Shown one piece after another: positions 18,348-29,235 of a stretch of DNA of 64,000 nt. The notes beneath the pieces were generated by a model. That model was not told the origin of the DNA, did not search any database, and worked only from the letters and a program-made list of their open reading frames with translations. The stretch comes from a virus (Duplodnaviria; Caudoviricetes). The stretch covers positions 1 to 64,000 of the IMG/VR virus record IMGVR_UViG_3300031853_000010. One strand, 5' to 3'. The first letter of the stretch is position 1, and each line of letters begins with the position of its first letter. Both the position numbers and the translations under genes were made by a program.

Positions 18348-18551
18348 AGTTTTTTCCTCCTGTATATTGTTATTATTATAATTTAAGTCATATGAATCTG
18401 GGTCTGGAACCCAGCCCCATCCTCTCTTAGTGGCATTTTCAAGTTTCCACTGTCTTAATGGTATTGTTCTGCCGCTGCCTGTGGTAACAAAATCGTTTTC
18501 TTTATAATTAACTGTTTTACAGCAATCAACGAAATTGAAATTGACACCCAA

Positions 18552-19448
18552 TTACTTCACCAACTCTCTCGCAAACTTCATAGTGAGTGAACCGCAAATC
18601 TTACCGAAGCCCTCAATTGAAAGCACAGTCTCCTGCTCCTCCTTTACACAGTCCTCGTATACAGCCTTTGGAAGAATCTTAGCGATTGCGCCAAGGTTCT
18701 TCTCGTCCCAATTCTCTGGAATAATACCGTCCTCGACGAACTTCTGGAGGCACTTCTCTACTCTTCTCTTAGTGACGATTGTCAGTGCAATGTCCTGTGC
18801 AGCCTGTCTTGCAGCGAGCTTCTCAGGGTCTACCTCATGAGACTTAGACTGGTGAACCTCTGAAAATTCCTTTGCAACAATCTTAACATAAGCTGGAGTT
18901 CCACTGAACTTATTATCCAGTCTGTCCTGAGACTTAACAACTACACCCTCTCCTGTTGGCTCACCGCCCATCTCTGTCTTACCAACAAAAGATGATACAT
19001 GGTCCCAAGAGATGAAAGGACCATCATAAAACAGTGGAACAGTAGAAATGCCAAGAAACTCGGCTACCTGCTTTGTGAATGACCAAGGCATATACTGCTC
19101 AGTCTCAGTATTCCATACATCAAAAATGTAGAACTTCTTATACTTCTCCTGTGGATAAGCAATCGAATGCTTAACAAGCCACTCGCCAAAGATGATATAC
19201 TTTGTGCCGATAGCATCGTAAATTATAGTAGGGTCAAGAGTCTGAACATACTCATAGAAACCCTGAAGGTTATTCTCAAGAGTAAGGTCCTGACGTCTTG
19301 AACAACAAGACACAGTCTTATCACTGTTGCAGTAGATGGAGGCATTGGCACCATCTACCTTTTCGGTAATCGTAATATGCTCACCCTTTGTAAAAGCAGT
19401 AGCATACTTGTCCTTTAATCTCTCAATATCAACATACTTCTTTATCAT
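18552..19448 (-). CDS. RNA ligase, Rnl2-like
   Basis: TEKVDGAN, FGEW, YIFDV, EGVVVK, VKIV nucleotidyltransferase motifs. Confidence 0.85.
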   Translation of the reverse strand: MIKKYVDIERLKDKYATAFTKGEHITITEKVDGANASIYCNSDKTVSCCSRRQDLTLENNLQGFYEYVQTLDPTIIYDAIGTKYIIFGEWLVKHSIAYPQEKYKKFYIFDVWNTETEQYMPWSFTKQVAEFLGISTVPLFYDGPFISWDHVSSFVGKTEMGGEPTGEGVVVKSQDRLDNKFSGTPAYVKIVAKEFSEVHQSKSHEVDPEKLAARQAAQDIALTIVTKRRVEKCLQKFVEDGIIPENWDEKNLGAIAKILPKAVYEDCVKEEQETVLSIEGFGKICGSLTMKFARELVK

Positions 19449-19531
19449 TTTAATTCCTCTCTTTCTCTGATTGTATATTTATTATATCACAAAATTTGGA
19501 GAAAGTCAAATTTAATAAAATCAAAATTTAT

Positions 19532-20029
19532 TTATATATTTTTTCTTACAAAGATTGTCATTTCAACTTTCTTCTTCTCTACTGGATACCACATACGCAT
19601 ATCCATTTCTCTATATCCATAGAGCCAAAAATCACATTCATATCCAAAAAGATTATTAGTCTTTGGGTTTTGAAAAACATATATTACATTTTCATAACGC
19701 TCTTCAACATCATAATCCTTGGTATAAGCTTCATCTACTTGGTCAAGAAAATCAACTGATGCCATTAAAGTCTTAATATACTGTGGGTCAACTTTCCATT
19801 CATTAAGAGGTTTACCCGCATTTTCTTCAAGAGCAAGATAGATGTAATCAAAAACGGCATTTATAATAGAATCGAGAACGTCATTCTCTGCTTGCTGTTT
19901 CTGCATGGGTTCAAGACCTATTGTGTTATTAGCAACTATCTCTTGTGCCGCCTGTTTAAAATTATCATAAAAGTCCTCACTGCCGCCCTCGATAAATTCA
20001 TATCCTTCGTATGTAAAATACTTATCCAT
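19532..20029 (-). CDS. hypothetical protein
   Basis: 165-aa ORF behind promoter 20066-20094. Confidence 0.65.
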   Translation of the reverse strand: MDKYFTYEGYEFIEGGSEDFYDNFKQAAQEIVANNTIGLEPMQKQQAENDVLDSIINAVFDYIYLALEENAGKPLNEWKVDPQYIKTLMASVDFLDQVDEAYTKDYDVEERYENVIYVFQNPKTNNLFGYECDFWLYGYREMDMRMWYPVEKKKVEMTIFVRKNI

Positions 20030-20146
20030 AAGAAACTCCTTTCACGCTTTTCAAATTCTATAATTATTATACTATAAAAAATTGAAAAAGTCAAATTTAA
20101 TAATTCAAAAATTATTTATATATCTTTTCTTACATTGATTGTTGTT

Positions 20147-20722
20147 TTAATTTTCTTTTTCTTTTGCTATTAACTTAATAGCATAATAGATAGCTCCCCA
20201 TGATGAAACACGAAAGTCTCCAACTCGTGCCGCCTTGTCAAGAAAATCTTCATTCCATGCATAAGAAAGACAGATGGCGGCATAAAGCCTTTCTCCCGTG
20301 AAATTATCAGTGCAATCATCAATAAGCACATCCACATTAAGTAGCTGCTTCACCTTTATGCTTATTGAATGTTTACGAACGTAATCTTCTGGAAAGAATG
20401 GCATAACTCTGGTAAGATACTTTACCTTTTTACGAAAGTTCTCAGCAGTAGTAGCCGTAGCGAAATAGATTTCATGCCCCTCTTTATAAAGAGCTTCAAT
20501 TGTTTTAATTGCTCCTTCAATTAATTCTATTCCCTTCCACATTTCCTTATCATCGAAAGCATGGGGAACTATCCATCGCCACTGTTCATGAAGAGCATTT
20601 TCTATCCAGTAAGTCTTGATATCATCAATTTGTAAATTAGTTCCTATACGTTCATTTATATAGTCAAGCACACGCTGAGTTGTGTTGACAATTACATTAT
20701 CAATATCAATTGCGATTTTCAT
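20147..20722 (-). CDS. 5'(3')-deoxyribonucleotidase (NT5C, HAD)
   Basis: IAIDIDNV, K...LIDD, YAWN motifs. Confidence 0.85.
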   Translation of the reverse strand: MKIAIDIDNVIVNTTQRVLDYINERIGTNLQIDDIKTYWIENALHEQWRWIVPHAFDDKEMWKGIELIEGAIKTIEALYKEGHEIYFATATTAENFRKKVKYLTRVMPFFPEDYVRKHSISIKVKQLLNVDVLIDDCTDNFTGERLYAAICLSYAWNEDFLDKAARVGDFRVSSWGAIYYAIKLIAKEKEN

Positions 20723-20913
20723 ATCATCACTCCTTGAAGGTTTTTTTCTAAACTGTAAACATTATATCAAAAATAATAGAGAAAATCAATTTTTTTGAAT
20801 TAAAAAAATATTATTTTTATATACTATTTAAATATCGCATACGCCCGCGATTATATCACAAATTTTTTTAAAAGTAAAGGGGTAAAAATCCAAAAAATTT
20901 TTACCCCTTCTTA

Positions 20914-21198
20914 TCAATCTTCAGAAGTCCAAACCCAAACAACTTCACGATTTCTGAGCATATAAATCTGATTTAATCTGAACTTCTCAGGCTTCGCATT
21001 AACTACTTCAATAGAAAGCTGTTCGCCGCCATCCCTTGACTCAATAAAATCTTCTCTGAATTTCTTTCCACTATATTTCACCCATTTTGAATTGGATGGA
21101 ACATAAGTGGAATGCCCATCATCTGTGTCCACCTTTTTCATTGTAGTAATACACATTCTGAATTTTGACTTCGGATATAATTCTCTATCGTTTCCCAT
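20914..21198 (-). CDS. hypothetical protein
   Basis: 94-aa ORF, AGGAGG RBS. Confidence 0.6.
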   Translation of the reverse strand: MGNDRELYPKSKFRMCITTMKKVDTDDGHSTYVPSNSKWVKYSGKKFREDFIESRDGGEQLSIEVVNAKPEKFRLNQIYMLRNREVVWVWTSED

Positions 21199-21297
21199 TT
21201 TTCTTTTCCTCCTGTTATTTGTTTTCTCTGTGGAAATATGCTAAATTTCTACAAAAAGTAGAAAAAGCTATGCAAAATAATATGACTATTGACATAA

Positions 21298-21555
21298 TCA
21301 ATTATGAATAAAGTTGCCATCATCAGCACTTTCATCAATCCAAGACTCGAAAGCTGTGTAAAGGTCAGCATCTGATACGACCCAGATATCATCGCCCCAT
21401 TCAGCAGACGCAAGCATACAGCCCATGATAGACTTTGCGTTTACCTTATACTTTCCGTCGCTTGTCATAAGTGAGATTTCTGCACCATACTTATTAGCCT
21501 TATTGCAAAATTCAAGACAGTCTCTCTGTCCAGTGAGTATTAACTTATTTCTCAT
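21298..21555 (-). CDS. HPr-like protein lacking His15
   Basis: VNAKSIMG (Ser46 motif) without GLHARP. Confidence 0.7.
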   Translation of the reverse strand: MRNKLILTGQRDCLEFCNKANKYGAEISLMTSDGKYKVNAKSIMGCMLASAEWGDDIWVVSDADLYTAFESWIDESADDGNFIHN

Positions 21556-21633
21556 ATAATTGTCCTCCTATATTCTTTATCTTTATTACAATATTATTAT
21601 ATCAAAAAATATTAAAAAAGTCAAGTTTTAAAC

Positions 21634-21663
21634 AAAAAAAGGAGGTCATTACGACCTCCCTTT
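21634..21663 (-). terminator. intrinsic terminator (possibly bidirectional)
   Basis: GGAGGTC-ATTAC-GACCTCC flanked by A/T runs. Confidence 0.75.
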
Positions 21664-21679
21664 GTTAGTAAATATGAAA

Positions 21680-22375
21680 TTAGTGATTGTCGTCAACACC
21701 GATTACATTTGAATCGAGCTGATTAGCATCATTCTCGCCACTGATTTCTCCATTAATAGCAGCTGCAACAAGAGTGATTTCCTTACGAACTCTTGCAAGT
21801 TCTGTCTGAAGAAGGTCAACTGGATTCTTAACAAATACGCGAGTATTTGTATCATCAATCTCAATCTCATCTGACTGGAAGTCCTCAATAGGATTGCCGC
21901 ATACAATGTTTGCATACATACCCTTAGCTGCATCACCACTGAAGTTTGTGATATTTTCAGTGCCAAATGAATAGCTATTAGGACCGATAGTAATAATTAC
22001 TGGACGGTTCTTATCCTCAAAGTCCTTAATCATCTGAACAAGCACCTTAGTCTTCTGAGTAAGTTTAGCAAGCTTCTTTGAGCATTCATCAATCTTCTCA
22101 GGCTTTGGTGGTGGATAAGGAGGACATGGAGGATGTGGAGGAACTGGTGGGAATGGATGTGGTGGAGGAGGCGGAGGCACAGGGTGATATCTACCTGGAA
22201 TAGGTGGAGTTGGCACTGGCTCAGCGTCCATGTCTGGGTATGGTGGGTAGAATGGATATACTCTCCAATCAGGGAAAGGAGGACATGGAGGAACTGGTGG
22301 CTCTGGACGTGACTTTTCTGGACGTGGAATTGCACAGTCTAATCCGCCTGGACCTGACATTTTGTAAGTACTCAT
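21680..22375 (-). CDS. proline-rich protein
   Basis: Pro/His/Cys-rich N-terminal half, coiled-coil C-terminus. Confidence 0.75.
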   Translation of the reverse strand: MSTYKMSGPGGLDCAIPRPEKSRPEPPVPPCPPFPDWRVYPFYPPYPDMDAEPVPTPPIPGRYHPVPPPPPPHPFPPVPPHPPCPPYPPPKPEKIDECSKKLAKLTQKTKVLVQMIKDFEDKNRPVIITIGPNSYSFGTENITNFSGDAAKGMYANIVCGNPIEDFQSDEIEIDDTNTRVFVKNPVDLLQTELARVRKEITLVAAAINGEISGENDANQLDSNVIGVDDNH

Positions 22376-22572
22376 TTAATTCACCTCGTTTGTAAAAAAT
22401 AGATTGGACCTTAAGCCGCCCAATGAAAAGAGAAACTACTCTTCTCCATAATAAAGTGGAGGTGGCAGCGCCGCAATCTAAAAAAGTATTTCCCAAATTT
22501 CATAGGGGTTTGTAGAATATTATTCCTATATAATAAAATAAAGCACCCCCTATTAAAGAGAGTGCTTTATTC

Positions 22573-22911
22573 TTACTTTATCTCAATAAGCTGAAGAGTA
22601 TCATTTTCTTCTTTTATATAGTAGAACTTCTTATCATATTCTTCTGAGATTAAGTGTTCAATCCTGCAGCCGCGAGACTCATGCCAGTCCACATCAAAAA
22701 CAACAATATCTGCTTTTGAAAGAATTGTAATAGCATGACCCAGACAAACCAAAGGGTCAACATCTTTTGCTCCTGTTAAAAATGAATCAAGTATATATGG
22801 TTCATCAATAGTTTCCTTAATCAATTCGATGATACGATTACGACGTTCCAGAATTTCTTCCTGCGTCTTTCCTCTCATTGGCTGAGATATAAAAACTTTG
22901 CAATAGCTCAT
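22573..22911 (-). CDS. DUF4406 / nucleoside 2-deoxyribosyltransferase-like protein
   Basis: FISQPMRG, LSKAD, SRGCRIE motifs. Confidence 0.75.
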   Translation of the reverse strand: MSYCKVFISQPMRGKTQEEILERRNRIIELIKETIDEPYILDSFLTGAKDVDPLVCLGHAITILSKADIVVFDVDWHESRGCRIEHLISEEYDKKFYYIKEENDTLQLIEIK

Positions 22912-23351
22912 TTTGTTCCCTCCTTAATATAGAATTGTTGATTACAATAATCACAAACTAATGTTTTTAAATTTATTGTGCCGCCACAGCATGGACAATG
23001 TGGAATGGCAAGTAAATCTCCTGATGACTTAATGAGCAACTCTTTCTTTGGAGTTGCAGACTCTTGCCAATAATCGATAATGTAAATAAGTTGGTCTGCG
23101 GTTAATAGATTTGTAATGGCATAACATCTGAATAACAATTCTTTTTCTTTTAAGAAAATGATTTTTATTCTATTAAATTCAATATCATATTGGGAATAGA
23201 TGATAATGTCTTGTCCATATTTTTCCAAAGCATATTTTTCAGCCTATGTTAAATCTAAATCAAAAATAGACCCTCTCTATTTAGCAAAAGGAAAATTAAA
23301 TTCTGGTATTCCTCTGAAAGTAGATATGATTCCTTCCTCTATTTTAATCAT
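22908..23351 (-). CDS. hypothetical protein with C-terminal double Zn-ribbon (2 in-frame TAG)
   Basis: ATG at 23351 follows the upstream stop; CPCCG...CDYC. Confidence 0.6.
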
Positions 23352-23353
23352 AA

Positions 23354-24373
23354 TTACACTCCTATTCCGCTATTACCGTTATATCCCCACGTATCAGCAT
23401 GATACAAAGCAATATACTCTTTTTCTTTCGCATTGAGTTCGGCGGCAGGACATTGAGCTAAAACCTCAAAGGTAAAGTTTTCTGCTCCATCATCCCACAT
23501 AGCTTGATAAAGTTTATTGGAGGTTCCAGCTTCTGCACGAACACCACGTTTCAAGTGCGTTCTCCAACGCTCTTTGAAAGCTTGTCGAGTTTGTCCAATA
23601 TAGCATCGTCCATTTTCAATGTTTGTTATTTTATAAATACCGCAAGAAGAAGCATCGTTCGATACTACTCTGCCGACCATTTCTGTAAAAGGTTTTTCGT
23701 AATATGTTTTGTATATAAGTTTATAAATGATAGTCGGGTCATGTAAATCCCCTGCTATCTTGCGAAGTTTCTTAACATCATCTTGAGCATCTTCATTGAG
23801 AACAATGCGATAAAAGTTCTTATCTTGTTTAATTTGTTCGGCTCGCTTGTACCCCTCAATTATTTCCTGCTGTTTAGCCTCTTCTTTTCTGAGAATGTCA
23901 TTAAGCTCTTCACGGCGGGCATTAGTTTTTTCTTGAAATTCTTCAAACTCATCAGTGATTTCCTGTCTACGAGTTTGATAAAACTAAACAACGCCTTCTA
24001 ATTCAAGAGCCTACTTCTTTGATTCTTGGTCAACTAAATCAAAGGTCTTCTATTCCAATTCATTCATTCGCTGAGCGTAGTATTCCTCAGACTCACTGAC
24101 CGTTTTCTTTATACGCTCAAGTTCATTATAGGCAGACTGCCGCTTTGCTTCACATTGAGCAAGATATTCTTTTAAATTAAACTCAATTTCTTTTTTATTC
24201 TATTCTACAAGTTTTTGCTATTCCTCGTTCATCCTCTTACAAAGGAGTTTCTTTTGTTCAAAGAAAGCCTGAGAATATTCAGGCTTATCCACCTGTTTAT
24301 TAATACGAGGGGCGGCATAAATAAGAATTAATAGAAGAAATATTATTCCAATTATTACTACTGCTATATTCAT
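23354..24373 (-). CDS. TM - coiled-coil - GIY-YIG nuclease (5 in-frame TAG)
   Basis: N-terminal MNIAVVIIGIIFLLLILIYA, long E/K/Q helix, C-terminal GIYKITN...YIGQT...RW..H...E..YI...GYN. Confidence 0.75.
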
Positions 24374-24378
24374 ATGTC

Positions 24379-25164
24379 TTACTCCATCTCACTACCACAC
24401 ATCGGGCAATACTTAAAGGTAGAAATTCCGCCATCAAAGCCACAATTTGAACAAGAATATCCATTCTCTGCCCCACTGAAAGCTTCCCATTTTGCCTTTG
24501 GTCGCCAAGTAAATTCTTTAAGTGGTTTATATCTGCCGCATCCTTTGATTTCGGGACAAGCTTTGATAGGACCTGCGGCGCATTTAGGAACAAGAACCGT
24601 GTCAAGAATTTCTTTTTCTTCAACGCTGATATTTTCTGCACACATGATTTCATTTTTCATGCCGATAGCAACATTACGAATTTCCGTCTGTGCTCTTGAA
24701 CACATACGTTCATTACAGAAATGCATGAGGGCTCTTAGGTTCATAGTGATATATATAGTTGTTGGAGTAGCATTTGGCAATACTGCTCTGGCATTTTCAG
24801 CTTTCACTCCATCGTCAATCATGGATTTATAAGCCGTCATAGCATCTGCACAAGCAAGTAATGTTGGTTCTACGGCATCATGTTCCAATCCATTTACAAC
24901 CCAATCAACAGAGTCATAGGCTACATAACGCTGACTTTGCTGTGAATAAGACGCAATACGATGACGCACAATCTGATGTGAACAACTGCGAGAAATTCCT
25001 TCGACTTTAAAAGTGAAAGAACAATGTTCAAGAACGGACTAATGTCCTGAACGAATACAGCCTTTTACAATTTTAAGGTCAGGTTCACTATTATAACAGA
25101 CCGCTGCTGCTTCGGCGCAAACATAAAGTGGTCTTGGTGTATATCCTACAAGTGTTACTTTCAT
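24379..25164 (-). CDS. thyX: FAD-dependent thymidylate synthase with C-terminal Zn-ribbon (1 in-frame TAG)
   Basis: GH[TAG]SVLEH, SRSCSHQIVRHRIASYSQQSQRY, ARAVLP, AQTEIR. Confidence 0.92.
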
Positions 25165-25400
25165 TATTCCTCCTCCTGTTCAAGATATTCATAAAATTTT
25201 TCAAGTTCTTTAAACTCTTCATCTGTTAAGCCAAAAACTTCAAAGTAAGAGTAATAATCGCAAACGTCGATAGTAAGCCCATCTTCATCGTAAATCGTGC
25301 CCATTGGGTCTCCTACTAAATTGCGGGTGTTAAATAGTCCACAGTTATAAAAAGAAAAATTTTCCTTTATAATTTTCTTAGCTATTTCAAGTTTACTCAT
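25164..25400 (-). CDS. hypothetical protein
   Basis: 78-aa ORF; stop overlaps the thyX start. Confidence 0.65.
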   Translation of the reverse strand: MSKLEIAKKIIKENFSFYNCGLFNTRNLVGDPMGTIYDEDGLTIDVCDYYSYFEVFGLTDEEFKELEKFYEYLEQEEE

Positions 25401-25402
25401 GT

Positions 25403-25981
25403 TTATTCTTCTCCCATCTCTTTAACGTCTGAGCGATGTTCAGTTTCGCTCATACTTTCAAAAGCTTTCATGTTTTCGTATATGTTAAGCAACTCAGAAG
25501 TGTCTAATGGAGAATAACCCCATTTCGCCGCGTCCGCCGATAGCATAATTCCATTTATCATTCCTTCAAAAGGATTTTCACTATCAGTAATTAAGAGAGC
25601 ATACTCTGATTCATATACTTTTGGTTCAAGAATTGGTTTTATCACATATAAAATTTCCCTACCATCAGGAAGAGTATTGAACATTGATACGCCCCAAAAA
25701 TGGGTGAAGCCAATTTCTATCCATTCTTCTTTCGTAAATTTTTCATTCAAATGTTTTGAAGTTGCTGTAAGCTATCCATTAAGTTTGGATATGACAGACT
25801 TCATCTGTTCAAGCGTTCCATCGCCGCTGTCTCCCATGACAATGACTTTATCTTCTGGTTTAACAACACTATTCCATGCTTTAATTATTGTGTCATTCAT
25901 TGCAGAGAAAGAGGAATAGCCAAGACTATCCCTCTGCTTGTCATTGAACAATTTTAAATCTGCGATAATGTATGTTTTCAT
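25403..25981 (-). CDS. degenerate metallophosphoesterase-like protein (1 in-frame TAG)
   Basis: IADL, MNDTIIKAWNSVV..ED.V..MGD, KLNG[TAG] joins track ORFs 25772..25981 and 25403..25750; metal-binding His residues lost. Confidence 0.65.
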
Positions 25982-26253
25982 TCCTTCTTACCTCTTGTGT
26001 TATTGTTGTAAACTCTGGTGCCAAAAAGACAACCGATAAGAATATCAATTCCAGCTACCTGCCAAAAACTGAGAGCAGGAGCAGAAGTAAATATTGCCAT
26101 TATAACTGTTTTCCAGAGATATAACTCAATCGCCCATTTTAAGAAGAAACATCCTACAACAAGAGCAAGCACAAACAGAAAAATTAAAAGTAAAATACCC
26201 ACTTCATACTCTCCACTTTCTGCCTTCTTTTGAATCTTATCCAAATTAATCAT
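25978..26253 (-). CDS. membrane protein
   Basis: Hydrophobic helices, LSFWQ motif. Confidence 0.65.
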   Translation of the reverse strand: MINLDKIQKKAESGEYEVGILLLIFLFVLALVVGCFFLKWAIELYLWKTVIMAIFTSAPALSFWQVAGIDILIGCLFGTRVYNNNTRGKKE

Positions 26254-26268
26254 TATATATTCCTCCTA

Positions 26269-26514
26269 TTAAAGATATCCCTTAGCATTTGTCTGTTCAA
26301 GACTTCGTAATTGTGATAGCCTATGTGCATCCTTAACATCATAAACTAAGCCAAAACAAACTGGACATTTTACTCTTGCCCAATCTCCTTCACGCTAATC
26401 GCTATGATATTCATATTCATCTCTCGCCGCCTTGCCAGCCCAGCCACATCTCTTACATTCAAAATACTTATAGTCTTTTGCTAAGTCGGCATTGCCTTGT
26501 ATAATTGTTTTCAT
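26269..26514 (-). CDS. Zn-ribbon protein (1 in-frame TAG, absent from ORF track)
   Basis: FECKRCG...D[TAG]REGD...CPVC; AGGAGG RBS and promoter 26545-26573. Confidence 0.65.
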
Positions 26515-26640
26515 TCTCTTGCCCTCCTTAATTATTCTATATTTATTATAGCAAAAAATATTTAAAAAGTCAAGTTTTAGATAATAAAAAAGGAAGGCAA
26601 ATGCCTCCCTTTTTGTTTACAGTAATCTTTTATCTTGAAA

Positions 26641-27436
26641 TCAGTAGCTTATAATATATATATTATCTACTGTTAAAACACCCTAATACTGGAATGGGCA
26701 ATTAGAACTGTAGTCGTAGTAAAAATCGACTACTGAATAACTTCCACAACAGTCATCAACGTAATAATATCCGTTCATATCTGGACGTTCATTAACTTCA
26801 AGATAAACCATTGTACGTTTTCCATTATAATTATAGCCATAATTTGACCAAACATATCTACAAGCAATAGAACCCTTGACTTCTCCATTACCATAATTAC
26901 AATCAATTAATGTTCTGTCAGAGCCGCCCTTGCATGGAACTGAATGACCACAGCCCCCAGCCGTGTAATAAGTTCCTTTCATTCCACTGTTAATTAAAAA
27001 TTTTTCTACTGAATAGCTTGAAGTCTTTTCAATCTGAGTGGTAGTTGTCTGCTCGGTAGTTTCTGCTGTTGTAGTTGTAGTCGTCCTCACAGGCTGCACC
27101 GCCACCGTTTCTGGTGTCGGGTCTGGTTGTGCTTCATACTCGCTGTCCGAGTTAGGCACACTCCTGCACAGATGTTTCTGCGACTTCTGTTTCCTCCACT
27201 GTTGTAGTGGTAGTCTCTTCTGTTGTTGTTTCATCAGAAGTAGTAGTTTCAGTTGTGGCTTTGGTTGTAGTCTCAGTTGTAGTTTCAGTTGTATCTGTTG
27301 TTATTTCTGTTGTTGAAACAGTTGTTGTTATATCAGAAATAGATACACCATCCTCAACCTTCTTACAACCAGTAGCCATAGCAATCATAGTCATAGCGAT
27401 AGCAACACCGCAAATAATCTTTGTAAATTTCTTCAT
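26641..27436 (-). pseudogene. Thr-rich lipoprotein with 3D/RlpA-like C-terminal domain, split by +1 frameshift near 27160
   Basis: Lipobox ATGC; Thr-rich stalk continues in the second frame; GTYYT...SIA...YVDDCCG...VDFY; one TAG near the end. Confidence 0.6.
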
Positions 27437-27527
27437 TTTTATTTCCTCCTTTTAATAGTCAATTGACATTTTAAAAAGATTACTGTAAATTGGTGTTCAA
27501 AAGAACACGATATATATGTAGAAAATC

Positions 27528-28034
27528 TTAGGCTATTCTCTAAGTTTTTCCATCTTCATTAAGAAAGAAAGGGAAAATTATAATATCCGTTTCATTATCA
27601 AGAGCAATAAAACCTGAGATACCATTAGTTGTCTCATCATAGATGTGTAAGATACAGGTCTTTTGATATTGAAGCTGATAATAAAGTTTGATTAATTCCT
27701 TCATGTCCTTCTTCCATTCTTTGGAAACTGTTCCCTCTGTCATGTCGAAGCATTCGCCAAGTATGAGAATTGCATCAATCATATCATCATATGCTGATGG
27801 AGTTTCTATTACTTTACTGCGGCTTACAATTGACACTCGTGAAGAAGTAATAACTCTTTTTCCCTTTAATTCAATTTCCCATTTTAAAATATCAAGGCTG
27901 CTGTGAATAAATTCTTCATAATCAATTGCGCCAAGATTATATCGAAATTCCAGCATTCTATTAAATGCATCTACAAGCGGCTTCGCCATAGCAACTTGTG
28001 TATTATCATCATCATAAATAAGAGTAAGTTTCAT
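27528..28034 (-). CDS. hypothetical protein
   Basis: Track ORF extended through TAG to TAA. Confidence 0.6.
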
Positions 28035-28043
28035 AGGCTCTCC

Positions 28044-29141
28044 TTAGAATTGAATTGATTTATTACTTGTCTTTGAAAATAAATTTCCTGCCTGAGTTTT
28101 ATTACTTTTTGATTTGCCTTTGTAAGTGCGAATTGTTGGACACCAGTAAAGAGATTTCATTGCTCTGGTGGCGGCGACATAACAAATACGTCTCTCTTCC
28201 TCATTAAAACGTTTTGCTCCAACAACAACTACGTGGTCAAATTCAAGACCTTTTGCAGAATGGATTGTCATTATCTTAACCTGATTACGACCAAGCAAAT
28301 CTCCCATTTCTTCAAGGTCGAGGTCTCCACGTTTTACAATGACACTTGGAACCTCAATCTTGTCCAAATAATTTTGTGCCGCCTCAACTTCCGAATTTGC
28401 TCTACACAAAACCGTCCAACCAGTCCAGTCATTTGTCCAAGTCATTTCTTCTGCCGCGTCCTTGAATGTGCATTCATCGTCAAGGAAGCCAGCTTTTGTT
28501 TGCACAGCTATTGCGGAAGGCGAAATTTTTGGCATTGAATTAAGGAAGCTATCAGCAAATCTTAAAATGTTTGGAGGATTACGATAATTTTCTACCAGCT
28601 CATACTTTTTAAAATTATCATCGGTTGCCAGCTCTCTTATAAATCTGTCAGTAGCTCCTCTAAATGAATAGATAAACTGACGTTCATCACCAACATAGAA
28701 ACGGTTCTGAGCAGGAATGCGAGTAATAAATGAATACTGAATAGGGTCTGTGTCCTGGAACTCATCTACAAATAAGTAATCTACCTGCGGATAAAGTCCC
28801 CAGTCTACCTTAATAGCCTTTTCAATAATTTTATCAAATCGTTCTGCCGCAATATCATCAGATGTTTTAATTCCACCAATAGTGCATATTTTATTAGCAT
28901 AAGAATGAATGGTGCCAATGAACATATCTTTTGCTCTCTCGCCCAATCTCTTACGCATTTCTTCTGCTGCCTAATTTGTAAATGTAAAAGCAACTATACG
29001 TGAAGGATTTACTCCATCATTTAATAGTTTTTCTATTCTACCTACTAATGTTCGTGTTTTACCAGCAGCGGCGCAAGCTAAACACAATATGTTCTTATCA
29101 GTAGCATTAATAAGCTTTTTTTGTCTTATATTGAACTCCAT
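28044..29141 (-). CDS. UvrD/Rep-like SF1 helicase (1 in-frame TAG)
   Basis: AAAGKT, FTFTN[TAG]AA, GTIHS, VDEFQD, VGDERQFIY, NYR, TIHSAKGLEF, YVAATRA. Confidence 0.9.
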
Positions 29142-29235
29142 TAAAGCTCCTCCTTTTATTTGAACTATTTATAGTATAGCACATTTTTTCAAAAAAGTCA
29201 AGAAAATGAAAGGGGTGATTGCTCACCCCTTATCC

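Noticed and set aside
18348-18551. 68-aa N-terminal extension of track ORF 17742..18551
   Set aside because: It has a TTG start without a clear RBS; a strong AGGAGG precedes the ATG at 18347.
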